64,000 nucleotides of DNA from Deltaproteobacteria bacterium (GCA_027028245.1 JALVJO010000057.1:27759-91758), one strand, 5' to 3'. Positions 18,956 through 29,442 are shown, counted from the first letter of the stretch. Program-made: numbers and translations. Notes: generated by a model from the letters alone, not told the origin.

Positions 18956-20266
18956 CTACATCTTATTGTGGCTGGCCCTCATCTGTGCGGCAAGTTCCTT
19001 GATCTCGCCAAGGTCCTTTGTCATCTGCGACCATCCATACCAGTAAGCATAATCCGGGTTTACATGGAAGAATGCCTGATATGCCCTCATCCTGTGCTTC
19101 ATGTACATCTGGAAGAGAACCTGCTCGATAAAGCTGACATTCTTGTCCATGTTCTTGTAGCTGTCAGAAGAACCCTCGGAATAGTCCGTCCTCAGGAAGT
19201 ACAGAAAATCAGGATATGCAAAGGCCTGCTTGTCGCGCTTCTTGAGAATGCCGTCCTTGTAGAGACCTGCAACTATATTTATGCCCTGGGCCAGGAGAAT
19301 CGTGGTCTTCTTGATCATCTCGTCACCCATATCGAGCTGGGTCTTTGCATAAGTCTTGGAGTGGCATGTTGCACACCTTGCAAGCATCTTGTCACGTTCT
19401 GTCTGCCATGCTTCCTGGGTAAGCCTTACCATGTCCACGGACTTTACTGCGTCCAGGCGTGCCGTGGGCTTTCCTGTTTCAGGATTGAGAACTCCCAAGG
19501 CCTTGAGAAGTGCTGCCTGTGCGTCTGCCCACTCCTTGTCCTGGATGGGGAGCCTTACACCCAAAAATCCCCATGCAGTGTGGTTGTTGTGTGTGCCGTC
19601 AGGAAGGTGGCAGAACTGGCAGGTCGGTGCAGGTGCATCCTTGGGAAGCTGGCCGCGCTGCTTGGCAAAATAGCGTTCCCCGTGCTTGGAGCTGGACCAC
19701 ATTTCCCACTGGGGGTGGTCGTAACCCATGTGGCACTGCTGGCATGCCTGGGGGTTCTGTGCCTCGGTCTTGGAAAAACTGTGGCGGGTATGGCACTCGT
19801 CACAGGAATTGTTCTGGTATCTCCATCCGTTTTCGTGCTGGGCCTTTTTCTGTGCCTCAGTCTTTATGCCCATGTTGTGGCATCCGCCGCATCCACGGCC
19901 GCCTTCCATAAGCTCATCAGGCTCTACATGCGTAATAGGCAGGGCATTCAACGAAGTCCAGCCGAACTGGTGCTTGCCTTTCTTGAAAGAGTTGAACTGC
20001 TCCTCGTGGCACTGCGCACAGACATGCTCATCGGGAAGCTGAACCTTTGCAACGTCATCTGCACTCTTGTGGGCATCACCGTGACAAACGTCACAGGTAA
20101 CGTCATTTTCCGCATGTTTGCTGACTGACCAATCCTTGACCTGCCCTGGTGTCATTTTCTTATGGCATGTTATACATGCATTTTCTGCAGCCGAGGCATT
20201 TATTGCAAAACACCAAATCATGAAACACAGCATAAAACTCATTGAATAACAAAACTTCTTCTTCAT
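18956..20266 (-). CDS. Octaheme c-type cytochrome, hydroxylamine oxidoreductase (HAO) family-like
   Basis: 436 aa with a signal peptide. Eight CXXCH motifs: CITCH, CDVCH, CAQCH, CGGCH, CDECH, CQQCH, CQFCH, CATCH. The segment CQQCHMGYDHPQWEMWSSSKHG resembles the HAO-family core. Confidence 0.75.
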   Translation of the reverse strand: MKKKFCYSMSFMLCFMIWCFAINASAAENACITCHKKMTPGQVKDWSVSKHAENDVTCDVCHGDAHKSADDVAKVQLPDEHVCAQCHEEQFNSFKKGKHQFGWTSLNALPITHVEPDELMEGGRGCGGCHNMGIKTEAQKKAQHENGWRYQNNSCDECHTRHSFSKTEAQNPQACQQCHMGYDHPQWEMWSSSKHGERYFAKQRGQLPKDAPAPTCQFCHLPDGTHNNHTAWGFLGVRLPIQDKEWADAQAALLKALGVLNPETGKPTARLDAVKSVDMVRLTQEAWQTERDKMLARCATCHSKTYAKTQLDMGDEMIKKTTILLAQGINIVAGLYKDGILKKRDKQAFAYPDFLYFLRTDYSEGSSDSYKNMDKNVSFIEQVLFQMYMKHRMRAYQAFFHVNPDYAYWYGWSQMTKDLGEIKELAAQMRASHNKM

Positions 20267-20533
20267 AGACCCTTTCTCCTCCTTTTTCGGGTTTTTTAAG
20301 GTTCTCTAATTTATTCTTCCCTTAAAACCACAAAACCATAGATATCACAGACTTATGCTAGAATCCCTGGGGACCCTGCCGCAAAAATGCTTTTTAAGAT
20401 CACTATGCAATGACAATCGTAAATGTTGAACCCGGTTTGCTAAGCAGAAAAAGCATGCAACATGCTATAATGGACACGATCTATCTTATTTGCATATAAT
20501 ATTTGCTATATTTTCTCCTGTAAACAGAAATAT

Positions 20534-22945
20534 TTATTTCTCCCCAGGGCTTTTTCCATCAACCATGCCTATTGCCGCATATACCCTGTTCAACCATTCC
20601 TGGCGCTTTTGGTCGGGCATAAAAATGACGAATTCTCCTATTGCCCTTTCAACCCCCATGAAATCTATAAGAAAATTATACACGGCATTGGCTGCGTCAA
20701 GGTCCGCACTGAGTGCCTGATTCTGGGCATCCAGAAGATCTATGATTGTCTTGATCCCCTCCATGTAAAAGTCTGTAACCAGGTCAAGATTTCGCCTGGC
20801 TGCCTCTGAAGCCTGCCTGGAAAGCGTGATGGAAGGGTAGGATGCCCTGGTCCTGTTAAGGGCTGCCAGGACATTCTGGATTATGGCCTCGGCCTTGGCA
20901 CCCCGATTGATTCGCAGCCTGGAGACTTCCTCCTGCAGCCTGCTGGCCTGTGCCACCCTTTTACCGCCTTCGAACAGGGGAATCCTGGCAAATACCCCGA
21001 CGTTCCAGTCGGTATCGTCAAGATTGCTCATGTGGCTGTCGCGCCTTCCCTCCCCGTCTTCAGCAAAGTACTGATCTACCTTCCATTCCACGGTGAAATC
21101 CGGAAGCCATATCTGTCTCCTGGCTGCTGTTTCCAGCCTTTCCTTGGCCTTGATTGCAGCATCATAACCCTTTAGCTCCGGGCGCAGTTCCAGGGCCCTC
21201 TTGGCGGCAAACCCCCTGAATTTTCTCATATACTTAGGGTTTTCCATAAGCTGATAAAAAAACTTGTCACCTATGATGAAAAGCGGGTCCTTTAGAGACG
21301 CCTCTTCCGGCTCGAAAAGCTCCTGCAATGGCCTGTGAAGAACACGGTTCAGGGCTTCCATGGCATCCATGGTATCGGATTCCCGGTAAAGCACCTCCCT
21401 CCGGTCATTGGCATACTTGGCCTCCCAGCGGTAAACCTCGTCTGGACCTGCCGCCCCGGTGGCCACCTTTATCCTGGCCCTTTCCAGATTTGCTTCTGTA
21501 AGCTTGAGATTTTCCTTGTATATCCGCTCAATGGTCTTGGCCCTTAAAACCCTGAGATAGGCAACAGAGGCATCATAGGTGACATCAAGCCTGACGGAAT
21601 CCATGTTCATCTGCCTGGCCTTCTGGAGGTGCTCCTCAGCAGTATAATTTGCCCATTTTTTGTCAGAATAAAGGAGAACAGACCCTCCGGCTGTACCGGT
21701 CCAAGCACGTTCAGGGCTCATCCCCCCGCCGGCCTTGGCCCTGTCCTGGTCTATGGCCCTGGCGCCTGTGGCTATATCTATCCTTGGAAGAAGATCTGCC
21801 ATGGCCTCCTTGACGGCATGCTCTCCAGCCCTGACGGAGGTCTTTGCCGCCTGGAGCCTCAAATTGGCCTCAACAGCCTCGTTCACAGCCTTTTTTATAT
21901 TCAGGCGCCGCCCTATATCCTTGCGCTCACCATTGATAATGTGTGCCTTGGTAATGATCAGAAGACTGGGATAAACGTCTATGGCCCGGGCCGTGGCCAT
22001 GTTAATGGTAAGACGCCTGTTCCTGATATAATCCACATTGATATTCGACGGGCTCTTGCCCGAAAGGATATCGGTTACGGCCACTGCCGTGCGGCGGGCA
22101 AGTATATCCTGCTTTTCTTTGGACTCCAGACCTGCCAGCAGTCCTTCTTCAACCTGGTCTTCACTCCACAAAGCAAAGCCTGCTACCCTCTTATTGATAA
22201 GGCCCTGGGCAAGCCGGCGCATCTGCTCCTTGTCAAAATGCCATAGTGCACCTACAAAGGCTGCATCGGCTGTTGCCGGCAGGTTGTTCAATACTTTGTC
22301 GGCAGAATTTTCAGCGGGAATTATGGTCAGGCTTATACCGTGCTTGGAAGCAAACTTTTGCACCAGTCCCGGAAGCACGGGAAAGGCATCAATCTCCCGC
22401 CTGTCCAGGATCAGAACAGCATCTTTAAATTTCACTATCTTCCTGAAGGTGTCTATATCACTGTCCAGATGATAGACAGAATCTACATACACCATGTTTC
22501 CGATGTTTCGCGAGCCGGCCTTTTTAATCTTGTCTTTCAGGGTAAACCAGGCCACAAATGGGGCCACAACAGGCCTTGATACCTTTTGATTGTCCAGGCA
22601 TTGGGCCGCAGAAATCACGCCCAGGGTAAGGATTATGTCAGGGCCGCCGGGAGAAAAGAGTCTTGAAAGGGCCTTCTTTGCCCCGCCCCTTTGGCCGCCG
22701 CCTGAAAGGACAAATCCATCTGGAAATCTGAAACTCGTCTGTGCGTCGGACAGGGCATTCAGCTCCTTTTCATACATATGAACCAGCTCTTTGTCAGCGG
22801 GAGTGGCCCCGTCTGTCACTATGCCAATGGTAAACGTCCTGTGTTTCAGCGGCCCTATGTCGCAGCCCTGTGCCCAAACGGAAAGTACAGACATGGCCCA
22901 GAGCAGAATTCCGCAAAAGACGTACAGACAATTGCGTTTTATCAT
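20534..22945 (-). CDS. Outer-membrane efflux factor (TolC/OEP family) with a roughly 300-aa N-terminal periplasmic-binding-protein-like extension
   Basis: The C-terminal ~460 aa have the two-repeat OEP pattern (coiled-coil-rich, LRLQAAKTSVRAGE..., LDLVTDFYMEGIKTIIDLLDAQNQAL). The gene is last in the MFP-RND-OMF operon. The N-terminal part (about 21946..22834) ends in a GKSPSNINVDYIRNRRLTINMATARAIDVYPS pattern reminiscent of ABC_sub_bind-type PBPs. The start MIKRN (22945) is preferred. Confidence 0.8.
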   Translation of the reverse strand: MIKRNCLYVFCGILLWAMSVLSVWAQGCDIGPLKHRTFTIGIVTDGATPADKELVHMYEKELNALSDAQTSFRFPDGFVLSGGGQRGGAKKALSRLFSPGGPDIILTLGVISAAQCLDNQKVSRPVVAPFVAWFTLKDKIKKAGSRNIGNMVYVDSVYHLDSDIDTFRKIVKFKDAVLILDRREIDAFPVLPGLVQKFASKHGISLTIIPAENSADKVLNNLPATADAAFVGALWHFDKEQMRRLAQGLINKRVAGFALWSEDQVEEGLLAGLESKEKQDILARRTAVAVTDILSGKSPSNINVDYIRNRRLTINMATARAIDVYPSLLIITKAHIINGERKDIGRRLNIKKAVNEAVEANLRLQAAKTSVRAGEHAVKEAMADLLPRIDIATGARAIDQDRAKAGGGMSPERAWTGTAGGSVLLYSDKKWANYTAEEHLQKARQMNMDSVRLDVTYDASVAYLRVLRAKTIERIYKENLKLTEANLERARIKVATGAAGPDEVYRWEAKYANDRREVLYRESDTMDAMEALNRVLHRPLQELFEPEEASLKDPLFIIGDKFFYQLMENPKYMRKFRGFAAKRALELRPELKGYDAAIKAKERLETAARRQIWLPDFTVEWKVDQYFAEDGEGRRDSHMSNLDDTDWNVGVFARIPLFEGGKRVAQASRLQEEVSRLRINRGAKAEAIIQNVLAALNRTRASYPSITLSRQASEAARRNLDLVTDFYMEGIKTIIDLLDAQNQALSADLDAANAVYNFLIDFMGVERAIGEFVIFMPDQKRQEWLNRVYAAIGMVDGKSPGEK

Positions 22946-22967
22946 GGTGTAACTCCTAGGAAACTGA

Positions 22968-25900
22968 TCATTTGATATTAAAAAACGTGGCATAAAGTAC
23001 CGGGACGAATACCAATGTGAGAACAGTGGCGAAACCGAGACCGAACACTATCGTCACGGCCATGGATACGAAAAATGCATCCTGGAAAAGCGGTATCATA
23101 CCCATCATGGTCGTAAGGGCCGCCATCATAACCGGCTGCATCCTGGACACACCTGACTCAAGGATGGCATCCATGCCCTTCATCCCCGACCTTATGTTTA
23201 TATCTATCTGGTCTATCAGAACCAGGGCATTTTTAATGAGCATTCCGGAAAGGCTCATAAGCCCCAGCAGAGCCATGAAACCAAAGGGCTGATGAAGAAT
23301 CAAAAGACCTGCCGTCACACCGATCAATGCCAAGGGGACGGTCAGCCAGATGATCAGGGGCTGCTTGAATGCATTAAACATGAAAATCACAATGAGCACC
23401 ATCATACCGAAATAAATAGGAATGTTTGCGGCAAGCTGGGCTTGAGAATCCGAAGAATCCTCCAGCTCTCCCCCCCAGGCCATGAAGTAGCCCGGTTTTC
23501 CCTTAAGAGGTAAAATATCGTCGTATTTTATAGGTATGGTGGAGGCAGTCCATTTTTCACCTTCTTCCAGGGGCTTTCCTCTGTAGGCTGCAAGATCCAC
23601 TCCCAGGGCCTGTTCTATCCGGGGTTTCACCCTGGCCATGAGTTCAGCCGGAAGCTCATCACCCCTTGGATCGGCGTGGATCTTTATCATGAGCCTCCTG
23701 TGCCAGCGGGAAACCCTGGCATTTTCCCATCCTGTCTCAAGACCATTCAAAACCTGGAGAATGGGTACATACTTCCCTGCCATGGGACTGAACAGCTGGA
23801 TCTCGGAAAGGTCCTCAATGCTGTCTCTTTCCTGGTCCGGGGCCCTGGCTATTATGGGAATAAGGTTTATACCCTCCCGGTATACGCCGGTGGTGGTTCC
23901 GGAATAGTTTGACTGTATCGCCTGGGCCACCATAGGCCTTGTGATCCCGAGCGACATGGCCCTGTCTTCAGCAAGTACAGGAATGGGTACCTTAACCTTT
24001 TCACCCCATTCAGTTCTCACAGCCTTGGCGTTTTCCTCCCTGAATATATTCATGGCCTTTTCAGCCATAGCCCTGAGTTCTTCCGGGTCGGACCCGTTTA
24101 TCCGAAGCTGGATCTTGCCACCGCTGGCCGGGCCCAAATTGAACTTTTTGACGTTTATGCAGGCATCCGGGAACATCCTTTCCAGGTCGTTCTGCACCTT
24201 CACCCTCATTTGCTCGATGAGCTTGTATTCCTTGACGGAAACCAGGACACATGCATACTGACTTGCTGCGTCCACAGGAACACTGTATGTGAGCAGAAAA
24301 CGCGGGTGACCTCCGCCTATGGCTGATGCCGTCATGGTGACACCATCCTGTTTTTTCAGGTATTCCTCCATGCGCGCCACCTTTTCTTCAGTATCCTTTA
24401 TGTGAATCCCTTCCCTGAACTGGCATTCCACCATGAACTGGGGTCTTGTGGATGCAGGAAAAAAGAGCTGCTTCACGTATCCGAATCCAAAGACAGACGC
24501 TGCAAAAAGGGCAACAACCACGCCGATGGAGACCCACCGGGCCTTTATTGCAAGGGCGAGAAACTTTCTATACAACTGATAGAACTTTCCGCCATAGACA
24601 TCTTCACTGCTTCCGCCCTCATCCATCTCCTTTTTACTAAGGACAAACTTTGTTGTTATGAGGGGCGTGGTGGTAACAGCCGTTAGCCAGGACAAGGAAA
24701 GGGAGATCAGGATCACGTAGTACAGCGACTGGCAATACTCCCCTGTGGAATTGCTCATGCCGCCGATGGATGCAAAGGCCATAACGGCTACTGCAGTAGC
24801 TGCAAGAAGAGGCATGGAATTCTGCCCCACCACTTCCTTTGCAGCTGTCAGCCCGTCCATACCCTGCTTCATCTTTACCTTCATGCCGTCAACCACCACA
24901 ATGGCATTGTCAACCAACATTCCAAGGGCAATGATGAGGGCCCCAAGGGATATCCTTTCCAGGGTGATATGATAATAACCCATGACTACGAAGGTGGCAG
25001 AAATGGTCAGAAGCAGGATGAACCCTATAATCATTCCTGCCCGCACCCCCATGAAAACTGCCAGAACTACAATGACAATTGCCACTGACTCCAGGAGATT
25101 AATGACAAAACCGTTAACGGCCTTGGTGACCGACTTGGACTGCATGGAAATCTCTTTCAGTTCCACGCCTATTGGTATCTGTCCCTGGAGCTGCGCCAGC
25201 CTCTTAAGTACGGCATTTCCCATGGTTACGGCATTTCCGCCAAGGACAGTGGAAATGGCTATACCTACACCTTCCTTTCCGTCCACCCTCAAAATCTTTG
25301 AGGGCGGATCCACATATCCCCTCTTTATCCTGGCTACATCCTGGAGGTAGATCAGCTTTCCATCCTTTGAGGCAATAAAAAGCTTTCCGAAGTCCTTTTC
25401 AGACTTGAATTCTCCTGTGGGGTTGATGGCAAGATACTGGGTGCCGAATTTTATCCAGCCTGAATCAACCGCGATGTTCTTGGCCTTCAAGGCATTGAAA
25501 ATATCCTGCCTGGTTATTCCTAGGGCCGCCATCTTGGACCGGGACATCTCTACATATATGGCCTCGGGCCTGATGCCGAACAGTTCTACCTTCTTTACAT
25601 CCTGAACCACAAGCAGCTCCCTCTGAAGGAGCTCTGCGATATCCTTGAGTTCAGCAAAGGTGTATCCATCGCCCACCAGGGCAAAATAGACACCGTAAAC
25701 ATCCCCGAAATCGTCGTTGACGGATATTGGCCCGGCACCCGGAGGAAGATCCTTTTCGTGGTCGCCCATCCTCCGCCTGAGTTCATCCCACACCTGGGGA
25801 AGCTGATTTTTGCGGTACTCGTCCTTGATCTTGACATTCACTATTGAAAGGCCCCGGGAGGAATAGGACTCTACCCGTTTCAGCTGGCCCATTTCCTGGA

Positions 25901-26111
25901 CAGCCTTTTCTATTACTTCCGTAACCTCTTCCTGCACCTCCATGGGCGATGCCCCTGGGTAAGGGGTTATTATTACGGCCTCCTTGATGGCAAATTCCGG
26001 GTCTTCCAGCCTTGGAAGGCCCATGTATGAAAAATATCCCAGCACCAGGACCACAAAGGTCAGGGTCCAGGTGATGACATTCTTTTTTATGGCAAATTCG
26101 GCTATATTCAT
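22968..26111 (-). CDS. RND efflux transporter, inner-membrane permease (AcrB/HAE family)
   Basis: 1047 aa. 12-TM RND architecture with two large periplasmic loops. Flanked by MFP and OMF genes. Confidence 0.95.
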   Translation of the reverse strand: MNIAEFAIKKNVITWTLTFVVLVLGYFSYMGLPRLEDPEFAIKEAVIITPYPGASPMEVQEEVTEVIEKAVQEMGQLKRVESYSSRGLSIVNVKIKDEYRKNQLPQVWDELRRRMGDHEKDLPPGAGPISVNDDFGDVYGVYFALVGDGYTFAELKDIAELLQRELLVVQDVKKVELFGIRPEAIYVEMSRSKMAALGITRQDIFNALKAKNIAVDSGWIKFGTQYLAINPTGEFKSEKDFGKLFIASKDGKLIYLQDVARIKRGYVDPPSKILRVDGKEGVGIAISTVLGGNAVTMGNAVLKRLAQLQGQIPIGVELKEISMQSKSVTKAVNGFVINLLESVAIVIVVLAVFMGVRAGMIIGFILLLTISATFVVMGYYHITLERISLGALIIALGMLVDNAIVVVDGMKVKMKQGMDGLTAAKEVVGQNSMPLLAATAVAVMAFASIGGMSNSTGEYCQSLYYVILISLSLSWLTAVTTTPLITTKFVLSKKEMDEGGSSEDVYGGKFYQLYRKFLALAIKARWVSIGVVVALFAASVFGFGYVKQLFFPASTRPQFMVECQFREGIHIKDTEEKVARMEEYLKKQDGVTMTASAIGGGHPRFLLTYSVPVDAASQYACVLVSVKEYKLIEQMRVKVQNDLERMFPDACINVKKFNLGPASGGKIQLRINGSDPEELRAMAEKAMNIFREENAKAVRTEWGEKVKVPIPVLAEDRAMSLGITRPMVAQAIQSNYSGTTTGVYREGINLIPIIARAPDQERDSIEDLSEIQLFSPMAGKYVPILQVLNGLETGWENARVSRWHRRLMIKIHADPRGDELPAELMARVKPRIEQALGVDLAAYRGKPLEEGEKWTASTIPIKYDDILPLKGKPGYFMAWGGELEDSSDSQAQLAANIPIYFGMMVLIVIFMFNAFKQPLIIWLTVPLALIGVTAGLLILHQPFGFMALLGLMSLSGMLIKNALVLIDQIDINIRSGMKGMDAILESGVSRMQPVMMAALTTMMGMIPLFQDAFFVSMAVTIVFGLGFATVLTLVFVPVLYATFFNIK

Positions 26112-26114
26112 TGC

Positions 26115-27236
26115 CTAAATCCCTGCTCTTTGTTTTTCCCAGGGCCTTACCTTCATCCCCGCCTTAAGCTTTGTGACCCCGGCGATAACGATGATCTCAC
26201 CGGGCTTGAGTCCATCTTTTATGCTGATGCCACTGGAATTCTTGAGGCCTCCGATGGTAACATAACGTTTTTCAACCTCCCCTTTATCCGGCAAATAAAC
26301 CCAGACGTAGGGCTTGTTTTTTGGCGCATCCAGCACGGCCAGGGCCGGAAGAATTATTTGCGGTTTCCTGCCCGCCAGATCCGGCTTCATGGCAGCAGTA
26401 ACGGTTGCTGTCATACCTGGAAGAATATTGGCTTCCTTGGGCTGATCCGTGACAAAGACCACCTGGTATGTCTGGGTGGCGGGATCTGCCTCTGTGGAAT
26501 ATTCCTTCAATTCCAGGGGAAATGTCTTTCCTGGGATGGATTCAAAGGAGGCAACTACTTCAGCAGAACTTTCACTCCGAATGGCTGCCATGACCAGTTC
26601 AGGGACGTTGACCAATATTTCTATCCTGGAGATGTCCTGCAGGAATACTATGGGATCCTTTGCCTTTACCTTGTAAAAATTTTCCACGTATCTCTTGGCA
26701 ATGACCCCATCAAATGGGGCCCTGAGAGTCGTATCGCAAAGGGCATTCTTTGCGTCCTGGAGTTTGGCAAAGGCCACATCCCTGGCAGCCCTGAACCTGT
26801 CAAAATCCGCCTTTGAAACCTGTTTTTTTGCATAGAGCTCCTTGTACCTGGCAAACTGCTGTTCCGCCTCCCTGTAGGTGGCAAGGGCTTCTTTCACACC
26901 ATTTAAAAAATCCCTCTTATCAATCTGCGCGATAAGATCTCCCTTTCTGACATGCTCTCCCTCTTCAACGGGCAGCTCCACCAGAGGGCCAGATACCTTG
27001 AACGAGAGCACAGCCCTCTTGCTGGCTCGCACCACGCCTGGAAACCCATGGGTAAGAAGGCTGTTTGTGTCCCTTACCTTCATAATCTTGACAGGACGAA
27101 TGACCTCCGCCTTCTCTTGTTGCTCTTTCTTGCCGCAGGCTGTCAAAGAAAAAAGGAGCACAAACACGAAAAAAAGCATTGAAATTTGTCCGAACAGATT
27201 GACCACCGACCCTCTTTTTAAAACCGATTTCATCAT
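26115..27236 (-). CDS. RND efflux periplasmic adaptor (membrane fusion protein, HlyD family)
   Basis: 373 aa. Lipobox LTAC. Lipoyl/coiled-coil/beta-barrel pattern (GDLIAQID, LRAPFDGVIA). Confidence 0.9.
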   Translation of the reverse strand: MMKSVLKRGSVVNLFGQISMLFFVFVLLFSLTACGKKEQQEKAEVIRPVKIMKVRDTNSLLTHGFPGVVRASKRAVLSFKVSGPLVELPVEEGEHVRKGDLIAQIDKRDFLNGVKEALATYREAEQQFARYKELYAKKQVSKADFDRFRAARDVAFAKLQDAKNALCDTTLRAPFDGVIAKRYVENFYKVKAKDPIVFLQDISRIEILVNVPELVMAAIRSESSAEVVASFESIPGKTFPLELKEYSTEADPATQTYQVVFVTDQPKEANILPGMTATVTAAMKPDLAGRKPQIILPALAVLDAPKNKPYVWVYLPDKGEVEKRYVTIGGLKNSSGISIKDGLKPGEIIVIAGVTKLKAGMKVRPWEKQRAGI

Positions 27237-27301
27237 GCCTCCTGAAATCCAGATAATTTTTTACTATCTAAGGATATTAAATAATATTCATAAGAAAAGA
27301 T

Positions 27302-28030
27302 TTATTTTCTAAGTGCCGGCTCCTGGTCTTTATCCTGTCTGGAAAATTCCTGTGATACCTGGATACCCACCAGTCTGGCCACCATCACGGCCATATAGAA
27401 CTGACCCACCACGGCCTCCACCTGACAGAGAGCTGCTGCACCAGGGGTTTGAGGAAGTATATCACCATAGCCCAGGGTTGTTAGGGTCACAAAGCTCAAA
27501 TACTCGTAAGGCTCCATGGAATTTGCCAGCTGGGACGAAGAGGAAAGGAGTGCCCCGCTGAACGAGCCTGGAACTGCCAGGTCCAGGATATTATATAATA
27601 TTCCCCACAAGGTCCCCATGAGCAGATAGAGGCACAATGCTGCGCTTATGAGATGGGAGTCAACCTTTCTGGCAGAAAATACATACCTGGTAAAGGCATA
27701 GACCAGCAGGAAGACGTAAAGTGCCATGATCAGCAGGCTGGCCATCCTGGACAGCGCCACTACATTAAAGACGCCCATCCAGAACAATAAAAGGGACAAG
27801 ACCATCAAAACCATCAGGTACTTGAAAAGCCTACTTTGCCTGTTTATGGCATAAACTGCTACAAGAAGCACCAGTGAAATGGAAACCGATGAAATAATAG
27901 AGGCATGGTGCAGGCTTTGAAGAAAGGGAGAAGCCAGGATATTGAGAAGCAGCCAGACAAGGAGATGCTGAAAACTGTAGCGACGAAGCAGCTTGTCTAT
28001 CAAATGGTATTTTGAAGTGGAAACCCTCAT
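27302..28030 (-). CDS. Potassium channel family protein (pore-loop, Ion_trans_2-like)
   Basis: 242 aa. Several TM helices and the K+ selectivity filter TLTTLGYGDI. Confidence 0.8.
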   Translation of the reverse strand: MRVSTSKYHLIDKLLRRYSFQHLLVWLLLNILASPFLQSLHHASIISSVSISLVLLVAVYAINRQSRLFKYLMVLMVLSLLLFWMGVFNVVALSRMASLLIMALYVFLLVYAFTRYVFSARKVDSHLISAALCLYLLMGTLWGILYNILDLAVPGSFSGALLSSSSQLANSMEPYEYLSFVTLTTLGYGDILPQTPGAAALCQVEAVVGQFYMAVMVARLVGIQVSQEFSRQDKDQEPALRK

Positions 28031-28116
28031 GCTTTATGGATGTAACCCCGTCTGGCACAAAACATGTTTATCATCCGAATTACTATTACTAACAGGGTCT
28101 GCAGACCGATTCAAAA

Positions 28117-29442
28117 TCAAGAATCCATGGTGGGCCGTTTTTTTGGAAGCACTTTTTTGAGTACCATATATCCCGATATTCCGGCCAAGAAGGATGCAAT
28201 AAAAATGCTTATTTTTGCCTCGTCTACCATGGACTGGCTTGAAAATGCCAGTTCGCTGATGAAAATCGACATGGTAAAGCCGATTCCAGCCAAAATCCCG
28301 GCTCCCCAAAGATGAGACCATTTAACACCCCTTGGCATATCTGTAATTCGGCAGAAAATTGCCAGCCAGCTGAATAACAGAATACCTGCCTGTTTGCCGA
28401 TAACCAGCCCGAATATGATGCCTAGAGTTATAGTTCCTGGAAAATCCCCCAGTGTTTCGGCATTAAATGCCACTCCGGCAGAAAAAAGGGCAAAAAGGGG
28501 CAGGACAATAAAGGCCTGGACACTATGAAAATAGTGTTCAAGATACACTCCGGGAGGAATCATATCTTCAGCGGTAAGATAGATCTGTTCCACGGATTCC
28601 CACTGTTTCTTGTTGAAGACGAGACTGTCCCTGGTAAGAGGGCCGGACTCCTTAAGCCTTTTCATGTGTCTGGAAATGTTGTCGAAGAAAAGTCCCGGGT
28701 CAATTGTCGATTTTACTGGGATGAGAAGTGCGATCAGGACACCGGCGACTGTTGCATGAATGCCCGAAAACATCAGGCTTGCCCATACGCCTATGGCAGG
28801 AATCAGGTAAAGCCCTGGTCTTCTCGCCTGATAATGCACTGCAAAAAAGAAGAGAATGAGAAATATTCCGGCAGAAACAAGACTGTTGAAGTGGATCTGA
28901 GCAGTATAGAAAACAGCTATTACAAGTACTGCCATTAAATCGTCTACTATGGCAAGGGCTGTAAGAAAGACCTTCAGCCCGATGGGTACCCTTTTACCAA
29001 GGAGGGCAAGGATTCCAAGGGCAAAGGCAATATCTGTGGCCATTGGGATTCCCCAGCCGGCTGCCGTGTCCCCGGTCCTGTTAAAGGCATAATAAATAAA
29101 GGCTGGGACTAAGCAGCCTCCCATAGCTGCCATTACGGGAAGGGCAGCCTTCCGTATGGATGAAAGTTCTCCCAGAATAACTTCTCTTTTTATTTCAAGA
29201 CCCACCACAAAAAAGAAAAGGGTCATAAGCCCGTCTTTCACCCAATGGGCCAGTCCCATTTGATAGGTCTTTCCGGCAAAGACCACTCCGATATTCAAAT
29301 GACTCAGATTGTTATAAAGCTCGGACCAGGAAGAGTTAGCCCAAATTACTGCAGTAATTGCAGCCAGAATCAGGACGATACTTCCGGCAGCCTGGGAATG
29401 AAGAAATCTTTCAAAAAGGGACTTTTCCGTATGATTATTCAT
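28117..29442 (-). CDS. nhaA: Na+/H+ antiporter NhaA
   Basis: 441 aa polytopic protein. Signatures PMATDIAFALG and LAIVDDLMAVLVIA (the DD pair) match NhaA. Confidence 0.9.
   Translation of the reverse strand: MNNHTEKSLFERFLHSQAAGSIVLILAAITAVIWANSSWSELYNNLSHLNIGVVFAGKTYQMGLAHWVKDGLMTLFFFVVGLEIKREVILGELSSIRKAALPVMAAMGGCLVPAFIYYAFNRTGDTAAGWGIPMATDIAFALGILALLGKRVPIGLKVFLTALAIVDDLMAVLVIAVFYTAQIHFNSLVSAGIFLILFFFAVHYQARRPGLYLIPAIGVWASLMFSGIHATVAGVLIALLIPVKSTIDPGLFFDNISRHMKRLKESGPLTRDSLVFNKKQWESVEQIYLTAEDMIPPGVYLEHYFHSVQAFIVLPLFALFSAGVAFNAETLGDFPGTITLGIIFGLVIGKQAGILLFSWLAIFCRITDMPRGVKWSHLWGAGILAGIGFTMSIFISELAFSSQSMVDEAKISIFIASFLAGISGYMVLKKVLPKKRPTMDS

Noticed and set aside
18968-20128. 386-aa ORF on the plus strand opposite the octaheme cytochrome gene
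   Set aside because: It is entirely antisense to a gene with eight CXXCH motifs and a signal peptide. The translation is low-complexity (Cys/Leu/Val/Gly-rich) with no recognisable motif. This is a typical shadow ORF.
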